The notes under the pieces are model-generated. The model had not been told where the DNA came from. It saw only the letters and a list, made by a program, of their open reading frames with translations, and did not search any database. A stretch of DNA of 55,247 nucleotides, the filler included, from Basidioascus undulatus (Eukaryota): NCBI GenBank assembly GCA_000826855.1. It is 3 parts of 3 records of this genome, joined end to end, with 100 filler letters (N's around TTAATTAATTAA, not from the genome) between each part and the next. Parts side by side here need not be neighbours in the genome. Positions count along the whole stretch, not along the records: positions 31,901 to 43,530 come from JTLS01000991.1; positions 43,631 to 55,247 come from JTLS01000992.1; 1 more part is not named here. One strand, given 5' to 3'. Shown here piece after piece: positions 40,021 through 51,896 of the stretch. Position numbers and translations under genes: made by a program. The first letter of the stretch is position 1, and every line of letters begins with the position of its first letter.

Positions 40021-40759
40021 TATGTCAGGCCCTAGCAGTGCTTGATCCCCTATATTTTTATAGACTCTGTCTCTCTGGTATCGTATAGCTCTTAGACCGC
40101 CTGAAGCTGGGGACCGTGTTCTGTAGAAGCGATCACGTCCAGCGACCCCTTTCGCAACAAAAAGAAGAGTAAGAGTCTAAGGAAAATATGCTTGTGGCAA
40201 TCATAACTCCCAGTTTCCGGTGATGAAGGGTAAGTTTAGCAGCACAGTCGTTGAATGCGAACGGAGGGCACGGCTCTGACGCTCAGCGCTCAGAGTCGGT
40301 AACTACGGACCTTACCCAAGGCAGCCCGTCTCTCTCTCCTGCCACAATCACAACCACGCGCCACAAGCCTTTTCTTGGTTACCTTTAACGTCATATCATC
40401 AGACCTCTCAGCCATATCCGCTCTCCACAAAGGCTACAGCTTGACAAGGGGCTTGTGCCTCCACTGCGACAAGCGAGAGCAGCCTGACGGCCCAAAGCAT
40501 AGGATCTGTGGACGTTGTAGGCGAAGTTCGTGAACCCCCTCTGTCCATTGCCCTCCTCTCCCTGTCCCAGAGGCACGGCACAGCTACCCCCAAGTCGGCT
40601 CGGCCCTGACTACCCGGCTGTTTCAGGCTGCTACTGCTTTAAGGAGTGTCAGCGCTTGGCGCGGCCCATCAACAAACGTGAAAGCGCTTGAAGCGTGGGA
40701 GGTCGCAAACGCAGACGTCTTCGAGCACGCCGTCTTCCGCCCCCTGCAGCTGCACATCG

Positions 40760-41490
40760 ATGGGTCAGCCGCACAGACGCGATGCACGATAACAGCTCCG
40801 TAGAGCGACGCAACCCGAAGAAGGAAGCGCGAGAGGGGATTAAGAAGGTTTTTCTACTAGTTTGTTTAGTCCTGAGTTTAAGTGTAATGGATGAGAGTGT
40901 CGGAGTGGGGTGTTGAGCGATCTGCGAATGGTGGATGAGTCGCAAACAGTGGGTGAGTTGCACAGGATCAGGCTCGCTGCTCGACGACTCCGTAGAGCAG
41001 ACCCTGAGGAAGCGAGAGAATAAAGGTAGAGAAGGGAGGCGAGAGAGCTTTAGGGTCTTAAAGCTTGAATACCAATCTTCTGGTTTTGGTGGGGGCAAGG
41101 GAGGGTCGGTGTGTTGTGTGAGTGACACAGATGCACTGCCTGACAATAGAGCTGCACAACCCTGAGGCAGCGCGAGAAAGAAAGGAGATCTTGGGTCTTG
41201 AATTTTCGATTCTTGAGTCTTGAGCCTTGGTTGGAACGGATAGTGTATGGGTCACGTAGCGATCTGGGTGAGCAGATTGCCAGGCGCAAGTCGCCTGTTC
41301 GACAGCTCCGTCCGTGGAGCGGCACAAGAGGGGCCGCGAAGGGCTCCGAAACAGATACATATTAGCCTTGATTGTTGGATGGGAAATATTGTGGAAGGCT
41401 AGATAGCGGGACATCTGCGGTGACGGTGAGGACAGGCGGCGTTCGACAGCTCCGTAGGGCAGCGGCAACCCGGAGGAAACGCGAAGGGGC
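40760..41490 (-). repeat. Array of five diverged ~60-75 bp stem-loop units spaced ~145-190 bp apart (candidate structured ncRNA)
   Basis: Minus-strand consensus TCGCG.TTCCTC.GGGTTG...GCTCTACGGAGCTGTCGA...CT(C/G)AC at ~40762-40838, 40950-41020, 41113-41180, 41265-41345 and 41420-41490. A/C-rich unrelated spacers; no consistent ORF. Confidence 0.7.
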
Positions 41491-42470
41491 CACGGTAGAG
41501 ATTGATTCTTGATTCTTGGGGAGCTATTGGAGACGTTGGAGAGAGAGAGAGGGTGGCGAGTCGAGCGACGGGCGGGCCCTACGCGGATGAGGATGCGACG
41601 GACGGGAATGTGCTGGTTTCTCTGAGCACAGGCGCGTGGCACTCTGTGGTGTGGCCGAGGACACTACTGGACGAACAAGATTCGACGGTAAGGGAATGGT
41701 TGCCCGTGATGAAGATGGAAAGGACGGGCAGTCGAAAATGTTGGAAGATCGTCTGAGTCTTGATAGTAAGGAAGTAGGGCGGCCGCTGTGTCTCTGCGAA
41801 AGTTTTGTGCTCCGGTGCGAGAGGGGTGTAATAATGAAATCACTCATTTCTTACTACATAAAAAGGAGAGGAATGGGAAGGTGGGGAAGAAACGGGTGGA
41901 GGAATATGTGAAACAAATTGCTGCTGCCGCATTGCTTCACCGGTTGTGCGAAGCGACAACCGCAAGCAGTCGCACTCAGTGAACTTCACCCTAAAGGGAA
42001 TATCAGCCGGCTCACCAGTATTCTAATTATAGGAATACGACTGGTAGAAATTAAGTACTAGGTACCTGTCCAAGGCGACGATCCGGATGGAGCCGCCGCT
42101 CAACGCCCTGAAGCAGCGTCCTTTTCTTCAGTTTTCGTGGGCCCCCTGTGAGAATACTCAAGTTCACGAAATTCTGCTTATATTTAGCACAGGCGCAGCT
42201 CATGCGCAGATAATATTCCGACGTGCGAAGCGTCACGAGAAAGAGCTATCAAGCCGGGGCCACCCGGCTGCTGCCGCTGCCCGAGTCGATAACTCGAAAG
42301 ACACACAACACTGATGAGATCCAGCTACACTACACCAACAGCGTACAGAGCTACAAGAACCCGACGTTCAACTTCCCTTCCCTTCCCCTCCCGCTTCCCC
42401 TACCCTACTATCCCGCTTCCCCTGCCCTCCCTACCTCTCCCCTCTCCCATCCCTTCGCACCCCTCGCCCC

Positions 42471-43320
42471 TTACTTCTCCACCTTGACAGGAAGAACCGG
42501 AACAGCCTCCACCACTACTTCCCTAAACCTACCCGTGTCCACCTCCCCCCTCCTCAGCCGCTCCAGCGTCTCCCGGCACGCGGCGAAGGACTCGACTTTG
42601 CGGGGGTACTGGTATTCCGGCGGCGCAGTCCCATCAGCCTCATCCCTCAGTTTCCGGTCCGCCCGCCCGAGAAAGGAGGCCGGGGGAGGGAAGCAGCGAG
42701 GGGAAGAAGGATAGAAGAGAGGGGAGACGGTGAAGAATGGGGAGGTGGGAGAAGAGAAGAAGGTAGGGGGGGAATAGGGGAGTGAAGACGCACCTGGTAC
42801 CGAACCAGCCCGCTCGTATTGGGTACGACGAAGAAGAGCGTCTCCCTCTGCGCCGTCGGCTTGGATTCGATATCTCCCCCCGCGGAAGACGAGGGAGAAG
42901 GTGAAGGGGGGTGTAAAATCTTCCATGGACGGAGGAGGAAGCCGGCGCTTTCGTCGGCGCGCTTGTATGGGTCATACGCCGGCGGCGTGCGGGGCGGGTG
43001 CTGCTGTGGCTCGGCTTTAACTTTGGGCGTCTTGGGCGACTTCTTCTTCGGGCACGATGAAGCGGCTGCCGCGGCGGGGGTGAAGTGGATGGAAGAGGTG
43101 GTGGGGGTGGGGGTGAAGGAGGAGGGAGAAGGAGAAGTCTTCCACAGCACGCTCTCCACCGCATCCCACATCCCCTTCCCGACGAACACGACGAGGCGCG
43201 GCTTGAGCCGGGCGAGCTTGGAGAGGAGCGCGGGCACGGAGGACCGGAGTTCCAGGGGGGATAACTCGGTGGCCTTGTATGTGGGGCTCTGGGGGTCAGT
43301 TGCAGTCGCTGTTTGACCAG
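42471..43320 (-). CDS. Mismatch-specific G:T/U DNA glycosylase (TDG/MUG family), 5'-truncated
   Basis: PTYKATELSPLELRSSVPALLSKLARLKPRLVVFVGKGMW and ETLFFVVPNTSG motifs of UDG family 2. Intron from 42793, then YPRKVESFAACRETLERLRRG..* at 42471. Confidence 0.82.
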
Positions 43321-43530
43321 TCAGACGAGGGAATGAAGTGGACAAGTGGATAAGAGGGACGTGGGGAAGTGGGCCACGGTGGTGAGAGGGGGAGGAAGAC
43401 CGAACGCGAGGGCGGAGGGAGGGAGGGGAAGAAAGGGAAGAGAATAAGGAGGGGGAGGGGAGAAGGGGAAGGAAGCAGAGGGAACGGCCACGGCGGAGAA
43501 CGACCACGGCGAGGAATCCTGCCAGTTCTC

Positions 43531-43630
43531 NNNNNNNNNNNNNNNNNNNNNNNNNNNNNNNNNNNNNNNNNNNNTTAATTAATTAANNNNNNNNNNNNNN
43601 NNNNNNNNNNNNNNNNNNNNNNNNNNNNNN
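43531..43630. other. Artificial contig-joining linker
   Basis: N run + TTAATTAATTAA + N run, same design as 31801-31900. Confidence 0.97.
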
Positions 43631-43664
43631 CCCCCCCCCCTGAACCTTGAACACAACCCAACAG

Positions 43665-44087
43665 GTGGTCGACCTCCCGCTCGACCACCCCTCCATCTCG
43701 AAGCAGCATGCCGTCCTACAGTACCGCCAAGTGGTCGAGCGCAACGAGTTCGGAGATTCCAAGACGGTTGTCAAGTGCGTCTGTCCTTCCCCTTTCTTTC
43801 CTCTTTGTCCTTTTGGCCGGAAGTCGGAACGAAGCTAAACGAAGTTTGTCGCGCGCTGATGATCGCACAGGCCGTTCGTGATCGACCTTGACTCCACAAA
43901 CGGCACGACCGTCAACGGCGCGGAGGTGCCCAAGTCGAGGTTCTACGAGCTGAGGTCGGGAGACGGTGCGTCCACCTCTTTCCCGTTCACTTCCAATTCC
44001 CAGAGCTGATGTTTGCGGGAACCTGGGACAGTCATCCGCTTTGGGCAGAGCACGAGGGAGTTTGTGCTGCTGTGCGACAAGTCGTGA
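43665..44087 (+). CDS. PML1: FHA-domain RES complex subunit (Pml1/SNIP1), 5'-truncated
   Basis: VVDLPLDHPSISKQHAVLQYRQVVERNEFG..K / PFVIDLDSTNGTTVNG..SRFYELRSGD / VIRFGQSTREFVLL, two introns, TGA 44085-44087. Confidence 0.9.
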
Positions 44088-44699
44088 TCTGATGCACCAA
44101 ATTGAATCAATACACTATTTGCTCGGCGCATTTTGCCATTTCTGAACCTCGAGGCCACCGCGCCTCACCGCTTGCTGTCGTAACCCATGCGCACACATTG
44201 AACCTGCAGCACACGAACGGATATTGTACAACATGCTCGTTCTGCGATTGGCGGTCAACTCGCTACAAAATTTGTACTACCTGCCTAAGAAAATGAAACC
44301 CCAGAGAAAAAGAGCCAACGAAGAACTGCGAAATTGCCACTGCTGCAGCTATTTGGCTAGTCGATCGTGAGAATAGGGATGAGTTGTGCGCTACAGGAGA
44401 AGAGGGAGGCTGAGAAGAGGAAAAGGAAGAGCAAGGCCTGGGAAGCACGGATCAGAGCGCGGGCCGGGGGTGACGAGAGGGGAGCGTGGTAAAGCGAAGA
44501 TAGAAAAATCCAAAAAGAATGAAAGGCATAAAAGATACAGGTAAAGTACACAAAGTACTAGCTCAAGTTCAAGTTCGAAAGCACCGAAAGTCTGGCCAAC
44601 TCCGCACCGACGCTCCTCCCCTCTCTCACCGCCCCCATCCCTGCCCCTCGGCTCCCATCCATCCTGAAACTTCCCACCTCGTACCCCATCTCCAAGCTT

Positions 44700-47600
44700 T
44701 GCACCGGATGCTACGGCCGCATCTCCAAGCCTAAACCCAGGCCGACCGGGGCAGCAAACGGGGGCGCGGGCGCGTGGATGTACTGCGGCGCGTGCGGTGC
44801 GGGTACGAGCGCGCGCATGAGCGCGTCGAGCTTGCGTGGATCTCGGTGCGCGTCGAGGAAGCAGAGGGGAGGGCGAGGAGCGAGTCGCGGTCGGCTAGTG
44901 TGTGGGCGTATGGGGTCAGTGGAGTGCGAGGCGGGTAACCGGTTGGAGGGCTAGGGGAGGACAGGTTTACCGGTTTGGGCAGTCATTTGGACGAAGCGCA
45001 TGAACGCTTGGGAGATCGACGAGGGGAGCGCGCAGTACGAGGCCGTGCTGTGTCGGTGGGTGCGGTAGATCAGGATACGGGGCGAGAGGGAGATGGGAGG
45101 ATGGGAAGAGGCACGCACATCTCGTACACGGCGGATACAATATGCACGACGTGGAGCAGATATTTGCCGATGCCCTGTGGCGTAGCGCGTGAGCCGATTT
45201 CATTGAAAAGGGCTAGGACGATGCAACGTACAGGGATGAGCTGGCCTACGTCAAAAAGCGCACGGCCTCCTCCGCCTCCTCCACGCTGAAATCCAGGCCC
45301 TTGACGAACGTCCCGCGCACAGCCCTCGCCAGGATCTTTGTCCTGTCCGCCCATGCCGCGCGCTCGCACTGATCAGCCTTCCGTCCTCCTTCATCTTCCT
45401 CTCTGTGACTCACTCGAAGACCCTCAAAATAAGCATGCGCTTCGAGAGAATGCACCTGCACTGCGCGTGCGTCCCGTCCGCCTCGGTTTGGACGAGCTGC
45501 AGCCCGAAGCGGATCGCCTCGGCGCGGGTCTCGCGCTGCGCTGCGGTGGGGAGGGAGGGGATGCACAGTGCCAAGGCGGTCAGAAGCGCTGTGCGGCCGT
45601 GGATCATCCAGATCGTGGGTGTTTGGAGCGGGGAAGGCGGCTGCAGGAGCGCGTGCGCGGCGTCAGCAAAGCGCGAGCGTAAGCAAGGAATTGCGACGCA
45701 CGCGGTGCTGGATGGAGCGCGCGCCGGCCTCGCCCGCAGGGAGACAGCCGAAATTGCGAGGATGGAGGGTATAGAAGTCGGACGGTTGGACGCTGCCTGC
45801 GTCTGCCGCAGATGCGCCGGGCGGGAACGAGACGGAGTATCGTACGGTCTTACGGTCTCCAGCGCCACCGTCCAGACAAGGCTGTCGATGGATTCAAAGA
45901 GTGAGCGGAGCCCGTGGTCGGTGAGAGGAAAGAATGAAGAGAAAGAGCAGAAGAAGAGGAAGAAGAAGACGCACCGTCGCGCCCCCTCCCTTTGCAGATC
46001 CGCGTCGCCCGCGTTTTCCGGCTAGCCCGGCCAGCCCGGCATGCCCGCCAGGAAGCGAGAGAAGTGCTTGTCGCCGATGGCATAGTGATCACACGCGCAC
46101 GTTACTGGTACGGGTGGGCATGGTGGGGAGAAAACGCCGGCTGCTGAAGCTGTAGTTGCTGCTCCTGGAGCGGGATCGCCGTGTCTTGGTAGAGGGTGGC
46201 GGCGCTGTTTTCGCAACGGCGACTAGGTGAGTCGGACGGAAGGCCATGTTGTGTGTTGTGGGAAGGAGGGAGAGGGGTTCGGGAGAGTAAGACGTACAGA
46301 TCCTCCACATCCACGCTCCCCACCCGTCCAGCTCTCAGCATCTCATCCTCCACATCTTCCCTCTCCTCCTGGCCCTCTCGCTCTCCCCGTCGCTCGCCTC
46401 CGCCCAGTTCCCCGGCAGCCCCTCCCCGACCTCCAACACAGCCGCGGCCTGTGCGAGCCACAGTCCGCTGCCCCCCGCGGCGAGCGCGCCCTCGAGCTCC
46501 GCGTGCGCGCGCGTGGAGGGCGCCGGCGGGACGAGGTGGAAGGCGATCGCGAGGATCGCGTACGCTAGGGAGGGCGGGATGGATAGCGGAGATGAGGAGT
46601 GCGGAGAGCCCGGAAGAGCGTGGGGGATGGAACACTGCGGGTGAAAGGAAGGGAAAGGTAAGTCATTCTGAGAAGGAAAAGGGTGGGCTGGAGAGACGGA
46701 ACGACCTCGAAGCGAAGGACTCGAACTGGTACAGGCGGGACCAGACGAGTTGGGCGAGGGCGTCGGCGCTGTTTCCCGCAAGATGGTCAGGCCCGCCGCC
46801 CCAGAAGAGAGGGAGGAATGAGAACCAACGCACGCGCTCGTCCGGTCGCCCACATGCCCAAACCGCAAAGAACTCCTCCAGCACAAAGTCATACCACGCC
46901 TCGCGCGTGTACCCGCCTTCCGGCGAGCGCGTGAGGTGCACGACCTCTGTGGAGTTGGTCCAGTACGTCCGCTGCGCCTGGGCGTCGTGCTCCTCGTACG
47001 TGTAGCCGTACCCAGACCCGTCAGACGGGAGCGCGTGGATGAGCGCCGAGTGGCACGGCGCCGCGGAGGTCGGGCTGGGATAGGTGGTGGTGGTGGTGGT
47101 GGGATAGGTCGGGAGGTAGGGGGTCGCGGTTGTGGGGCAGGCGGGAGGCGGAGTGGGAGGTGGGGGAATGGAGGAGCAGGCGGAGTTGGCGGGAGAGAGG
47201 GGTCGTGCAGTGTAGGGGGAAAAAGGCGACGCAGGAAGACGGCGCGGGCGAGGGCGTGTTCGTGCACGTGCACGTGCTCGCGCTTGTGCTGGTTGAGGAG
47301 TAGGAGGATGAGGAGGCGTAGGTGACAGGTGGAGAGGGTGAGGGGTGAAGCTGGGCGTAGGGTGCTTGGGATTGCTGTGGAGGCGGCGGAGCGTTGGCGA
47401 ATAGGGCTGAGGGCGGAGGTGGACCGGGCAGTGGAGCGTAGAGCGCCGTGGAGAGGGACGAGGACGAGTGCGTCTGCGGGTGAGCGGGTTGGAGGTACGC
47501 GCCGGGGGTGACGAAGTTGGAGGCAGGGGGCGTGGCGGAAAGTGGTTGAGGGAGGAGTGGGGGAGGTGGGCGATATTGGAGGGGTTGTGAAGAGGGCGTT

Positions 47601-48292
47601 TGGGACGCCTGAGGATGTACAGGAGGATGGGCGACGGTCGCGGGGGCGGTGGGGGCTGCGGAGTTCGCGAGACTGCGTAGGGTGCGTCTGCTGGAGATAC
47701 GGGTGTTGGAGTCGAAGGGGGTTGTGCCGAGTGCGGTGAGGGAGATGCCCTCGGTGCGTCTGGTTGTCAGGGCGTAGAAGCTGCCGTCTCGCTCGTCGCG
47801 CTCTGCCTCGCCTTCACCTTCCCCTTGCCGAGTCGCTTCGCCTCGGTGGCCTTGACGACCCTTCCATCGAGCGGGAGCGGTCCGACGCTGAACGGGCCCG
47901 CATCCTTATCTTGCGGGGCCTGTCTCCACTTTCCAGCGTCAACATCCCTTTCCCTCTTCCCTAACCGAGTCCCGACTCACCTTCTTCCCACCCTTTCCCT
48001 CCCCGGCCTCGCCGGTTTTCTTCCTCACGCGAGCGCCGCGAACCTTGTCCGGCCCGCGCCGACGCATGACAGGGTCGTACACGCACTCGCACCCCTTGCG
48101 CTCGCAGCGCCTGCACGGGTGTCCCCCCGAGCAGGACAGCTTCTGGCGCCTGCAGTCGAGGCAGGCGATGTGGGGCGCGCCGGCGCGCAAGCTGGGTGCA
48201 GGCGGTGGTCGCGCTGCTGGTGGAATCGGTAGTGGTGGGAGCGCGGATGTCGACGCTTGGGGCGGCGGCGGGAGCGGGGGCAGGGGCGCCAT
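44700..48292 (-). CDS. Zn(II)2Cys6 fungal transcription factor; downstream exons show apparent frameshifts/stop (possible pseudogene)
   Basis: ATG 48292, IACLDCRRQKLSCSGGHPCRRCERKGCECVYDPVMRRRGPDK. Downstream helical exons (REAWYDFVLEEFF; FHPP..PSLAYAILAIA; IWMIHGRTALL) are on the same strand with frame breaks near 46630 and 46585 and an in-frame TGA at 46335. The 3' end is approximate and the single-gene model is inferred. Confidence 0.75.
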
Positions 48293-50204
48293 GGGGGCGT
48301 CGGGGTGGTGATGATGGTGGTCAGGAATCAACGGACGACGACAACGACGACGACGACAAGAACAGCCCTGCTCGGCACAGCGCCGCGTGCGCTAGGAGCG
48401 CAGTGTAGCCTGGTGTACTGGTCAAATGCAAGAGCGATTATGAGACGAGCGAGCGAGGGCGGGTGTGATCTTCAACCGACGAGTCGGCGCCGCGCTTGTT
48501 TGATCTGCAGACGCAGCCGCTTGCAGCCGCGTCAGCATCGCCTGTCCCACGCGAAATGGACGCTACTTTGCTCACAGTGGTCAAATTATCTCGGAAAAGA
48601 GACCGTAGAAACCAACGAATGCGAGATGAAATGGGTGGTAAGCAGATACCGTCGCCCTGTGATTTGTGCACAGCCAGCCAGGCTGGAGCAAGCCATCCTC
48701 GCAGTCGATGTCTCACCCCCTTTTCACCTGATCATCGACGCAGACGCCACCTTCCCCCCTGTTTTTTCTTCTTCCATGTTTCTTTCGTTTCTCCTTCTCT
48801 TATGGTGGTGCGGACATGGAGTACGAACGTGCGCTGGTGTGACATACCGGATGGGCAGGTTGCTGCCACCATCGACAGTGCGACTTTCACTTCATCTATG
48901 TAGAACTGAAAGAAACGCACGCTCTCGGATTTGGACTGAGAGTATCAACTAACGAGGTCTGGGTGGGTTTCCGTAGAGGCCAGATTTGTTCAGCAGGTTT
49001 CAATCTGATGATACATCAGTCCCTAGGCTTGATCAAGGGATGGTGCTCGACACTCTAAGGATGGGGATCTTTCCGCTCGCTCGCTTCTTCCGAGAGAAAG
49101 AAGACGGTGTCATCGACAGCGCTGTGAGCTTGCAACACTGTTCTCCGTCAATCTTGAGTTCGACAAGAATCAAATGTACACATAATATATTCGTATTTAC
49201 AAGTCCAAGATACCCGCTGAACTGCGGGAGCGGAGGAGGAAAAGTAACAAGAACCAGCCAAGCTCAATGCGGCAGCAGCATAAACGAGTACCATTTATAT
49301 ATTACAACCGCTTCTATCCGAACCCCACAAATCCCTTGCAAATTCCGCTCACGATGCTGTTGCCCAAGCCGGCACAGCCTCCGACCGAAGCGGTCAAGTA
49401 GCGGTCGCTCGTTGTTGAGCTTCGTTCAACTCGACTGTATCAACTCACTCCCATCAACCTCCTTCACGTTTTTCGCGATATCAGCAACCGCCGGCTCATT
49501 CAACACGTACTCGAGCCAAGCCAGCTCTTCCGTATTGGCATCTTGTACTTGTGTCTCACACACGCATCAGCACTGATGTCCTCCTCGACTCCCACGCGCT
49601 GTAACACGGGCTTTAGAGATGCAGAGGCGAGTCGTTTGAGTTCAAGCGATACAGGCACGAAGTGCGAGACGAGAAGAACCGTCCAACTGATAGGAAATAA
49701 AAACGTAGAGAAGATCCTAGCAATAAGGGTTGGGAGAAGCGTAGAGCAGAAGAGATCTGAGCGAGACCCGAGCGGCTGTCGTTACAATGCCAGTGCACTG
49801 CAACAGTTCTCCCTGAACCACCCTGACAGTGGAAATGGCTGTCGGTGGAAGCACGGTCCACAGGTTCGGCGAAGCACAGGTCATCCCCAAGCGGCAGGCG
49901 ACGGTCAGCACCACCTGGGTCGACCCTATCGACAAGCCGTACATGGAGTTCATCTTCAAGTATCGCTAGAGAGCCGGACGTGCTTGCTTCAAAGTCCTCG
50001 ATATCCTGCTCGTACCTCACCCCACGCCGAATGCCAATGCAATCCTGCGCAAGAAGCATTGTAATGCAGCTACCCCCACTCGTCCTCTCCACCCCTGTAT
50101 CCCAACGGCAGTACATCACTAACAAGAGGAAAACAAGCTTAAATGTAGTGTCCATGATCACACAAGCCCCAGCGCAGGTCCCGCCCGCACACGCAGTCCC
50201 TCCG

Positions 50205-50762
50205 TCAGAGAAGCAGCAGCGTCGCGCCAACCAGCACTCCCGCCCCGACAGACGCAACTGCGACACGTCCGATGCGCGGCCGCGGCGCGGCGTTATCCTT
50301 GTCGGTCCTATTCCCCCTCAAATTTCTGCGTCAGTCGCTGTTTCCCCACCTTCAAGGACGTATTCGGAGCTTCGAAACGTACGAAGCAGAAGACGAAGGC
50401 GAAGATGACCCCGCGGCTGCGCTGAGCATGCTCCCGCCCGCCTCCTTCGTAGCGGACGCGACGATCTGGGACGCGGAGGGGTTATTGGTCGCGGACGCGA
50501 GGGCAGCTGAGGTGTCGCCTATGTTGGCTGTGGGCGGTAGAGCGGGAACTTCAGGATGTGAGGAGAGAGAAGATGGAGGCGGGGAAGGACGGACCGGCGC
50601 TGAGGGAGTTGAGGGCGCCGGCAGTGTCTAATTGGGAGAATTCAGAGTTTCAGTTGGTGGAGAAGGAAGTTCATGAGAAGGAAGCAGGGCACCTTGGGCT
50701 TGCGCTGCAGCGACGAGCCCCAGGACGAGCGGGAGTGCAGCGAAGGAACGAGCGAACATCAT
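50205..50762 (-). CDS. Small secreted Ser/Ala-rich, probably GPI-anchored protein (4 exons)
   Basis: Signal peptide MMFARSFAALPLVLGLVAAAQAQ, S/A/T-rich middle exons, C-terminus DNAAPRPRIGRVAVASVGAGVLVGATLLLL*. Confidence 0.72.
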
Positions 50763-51387
50763 CGTTAGTTTCGATCTGGCTGATAGGTGAGAGAAGAGAG
50801 CGTGAAGTTTAAGTGAAGATAGAGAAGAGCAGTGACAGTGGGAGAGAAGAAGAAAGAGTGGGTATAAGAGCGAAGCGGCACAGGGGAGTCGGAGGTGAGG
50901 AATGATGTTGCGTGAACTGAGGGCTGCGGGAGGGAGGCTGTGAGGTGGGGAGGACCCTCTTCTCGCTTCTGGAGCTCGAGGGTACTCGAGCAGGAGAGGG
51001 TGTCTGCTCACATGTTTGGATTGGTTTACCTGAAGCTGTATGGAATTAATAAGGGCACATTTCTATTAGTTGGCACACTCTTCGTCGGGTTCGAGTTCAG
51101 ACACTTCCGTGTTACCCAGGCAGGCTCTTATGGGCGGACACCTAGGGGCAAGAGGCTGATGTGCATGGCTCTTGGGAAGTTTAAGTAGTATCGCAATCCG
51201 CAAAACCTAAGCAACCCTTGCGAAGAAAGTGGTCTCGAAACCCCAAGGGCCAAGGGTGCTCGCAAAGCAACACATGCAATGAGTCCGTCCGTCCGTCCGT
51301 CCACCCACTACTAAAGGTAGGCGCACGGTCAGGATTACACGGAAGTGTCCGATGTTCATGTCCACCCATGCGTGTCCCGCACGCATT

Positions 51388-51896
51388 TCAGAGAAGCATC
51401 GCCGCGCCGGCGACGACCGCGCCTGCCGCCATGCTCAATCCGGCGGACAACGTGCCCAGCGGATAACCGGAGTTATCACTGGTTTAACCTCAGCTTTTCA
51501 GCTCTTTGGAAATGGAAGGCAAGTCGACGACGAAAGTGAGAACGCACGGCGACCCATGCGACTGCGTCGCCTCCGCAGCGCCCCTCGCGCTCGTGACGTC
51601 CGCGAAGATGCTGAAGAGCAACGGTAGCTGTTTCCCCCATACAAACAGTCTCAACACTCCATCAAAGCGATGAAGGAAAGGTATGCGAAAGCGCCCCCAC
51701 GCACCCTCCGCCTTCCCCTCCCCCACCCTAACTCCCTCGTGGCCTGCGCGAACCCGCTCGCCGCCTCGCCGGTGAGGTATGCGGTGGACGTGTTCCCAGA
51801 CGGGAGGGGAGGAAAGCGGAAGCGCACGTTGCGCCTGCACACCGACTACCAGTGCCGATGCGAAAATGAGGGAGGTCGTGAAACTCGAGCGTTCAT
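51388..51896 (-). pseudogene. Tandem paralog of the 50205-50762 GPI-type gene, frameshifted in the signal peptide
   Basis: ATG 51896 MNAR then 1-nt loss, SFTTSLIFASALVVGVQAQ, intron at the same position after QAQ, C-terminus GTLSAGLSMAAGAVVAGAAMLL*. Confidence 0.6.

Noticed and set aside
40760..41490. Array as CRISPR, hammerhead/HDV ribozymes, tRNA/SINEs or pheromone precursor repeats
   Set aside because: Eukaryotic context, with repeats too degenerate and spacers too long for CRISPR. CTGAGGA occurs in only one copy without a GAAA core. HDV P1/P1.1 topology is not satisfied. There is no cloverleaf or A/B box pair, and no CAAX-ending peptide repeat.
41706..41756. GTGATGA...CTGA as a box C/D snoRNA
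   Set aside because: Only ~50 nt, with no terminal stem or recognisable guide.
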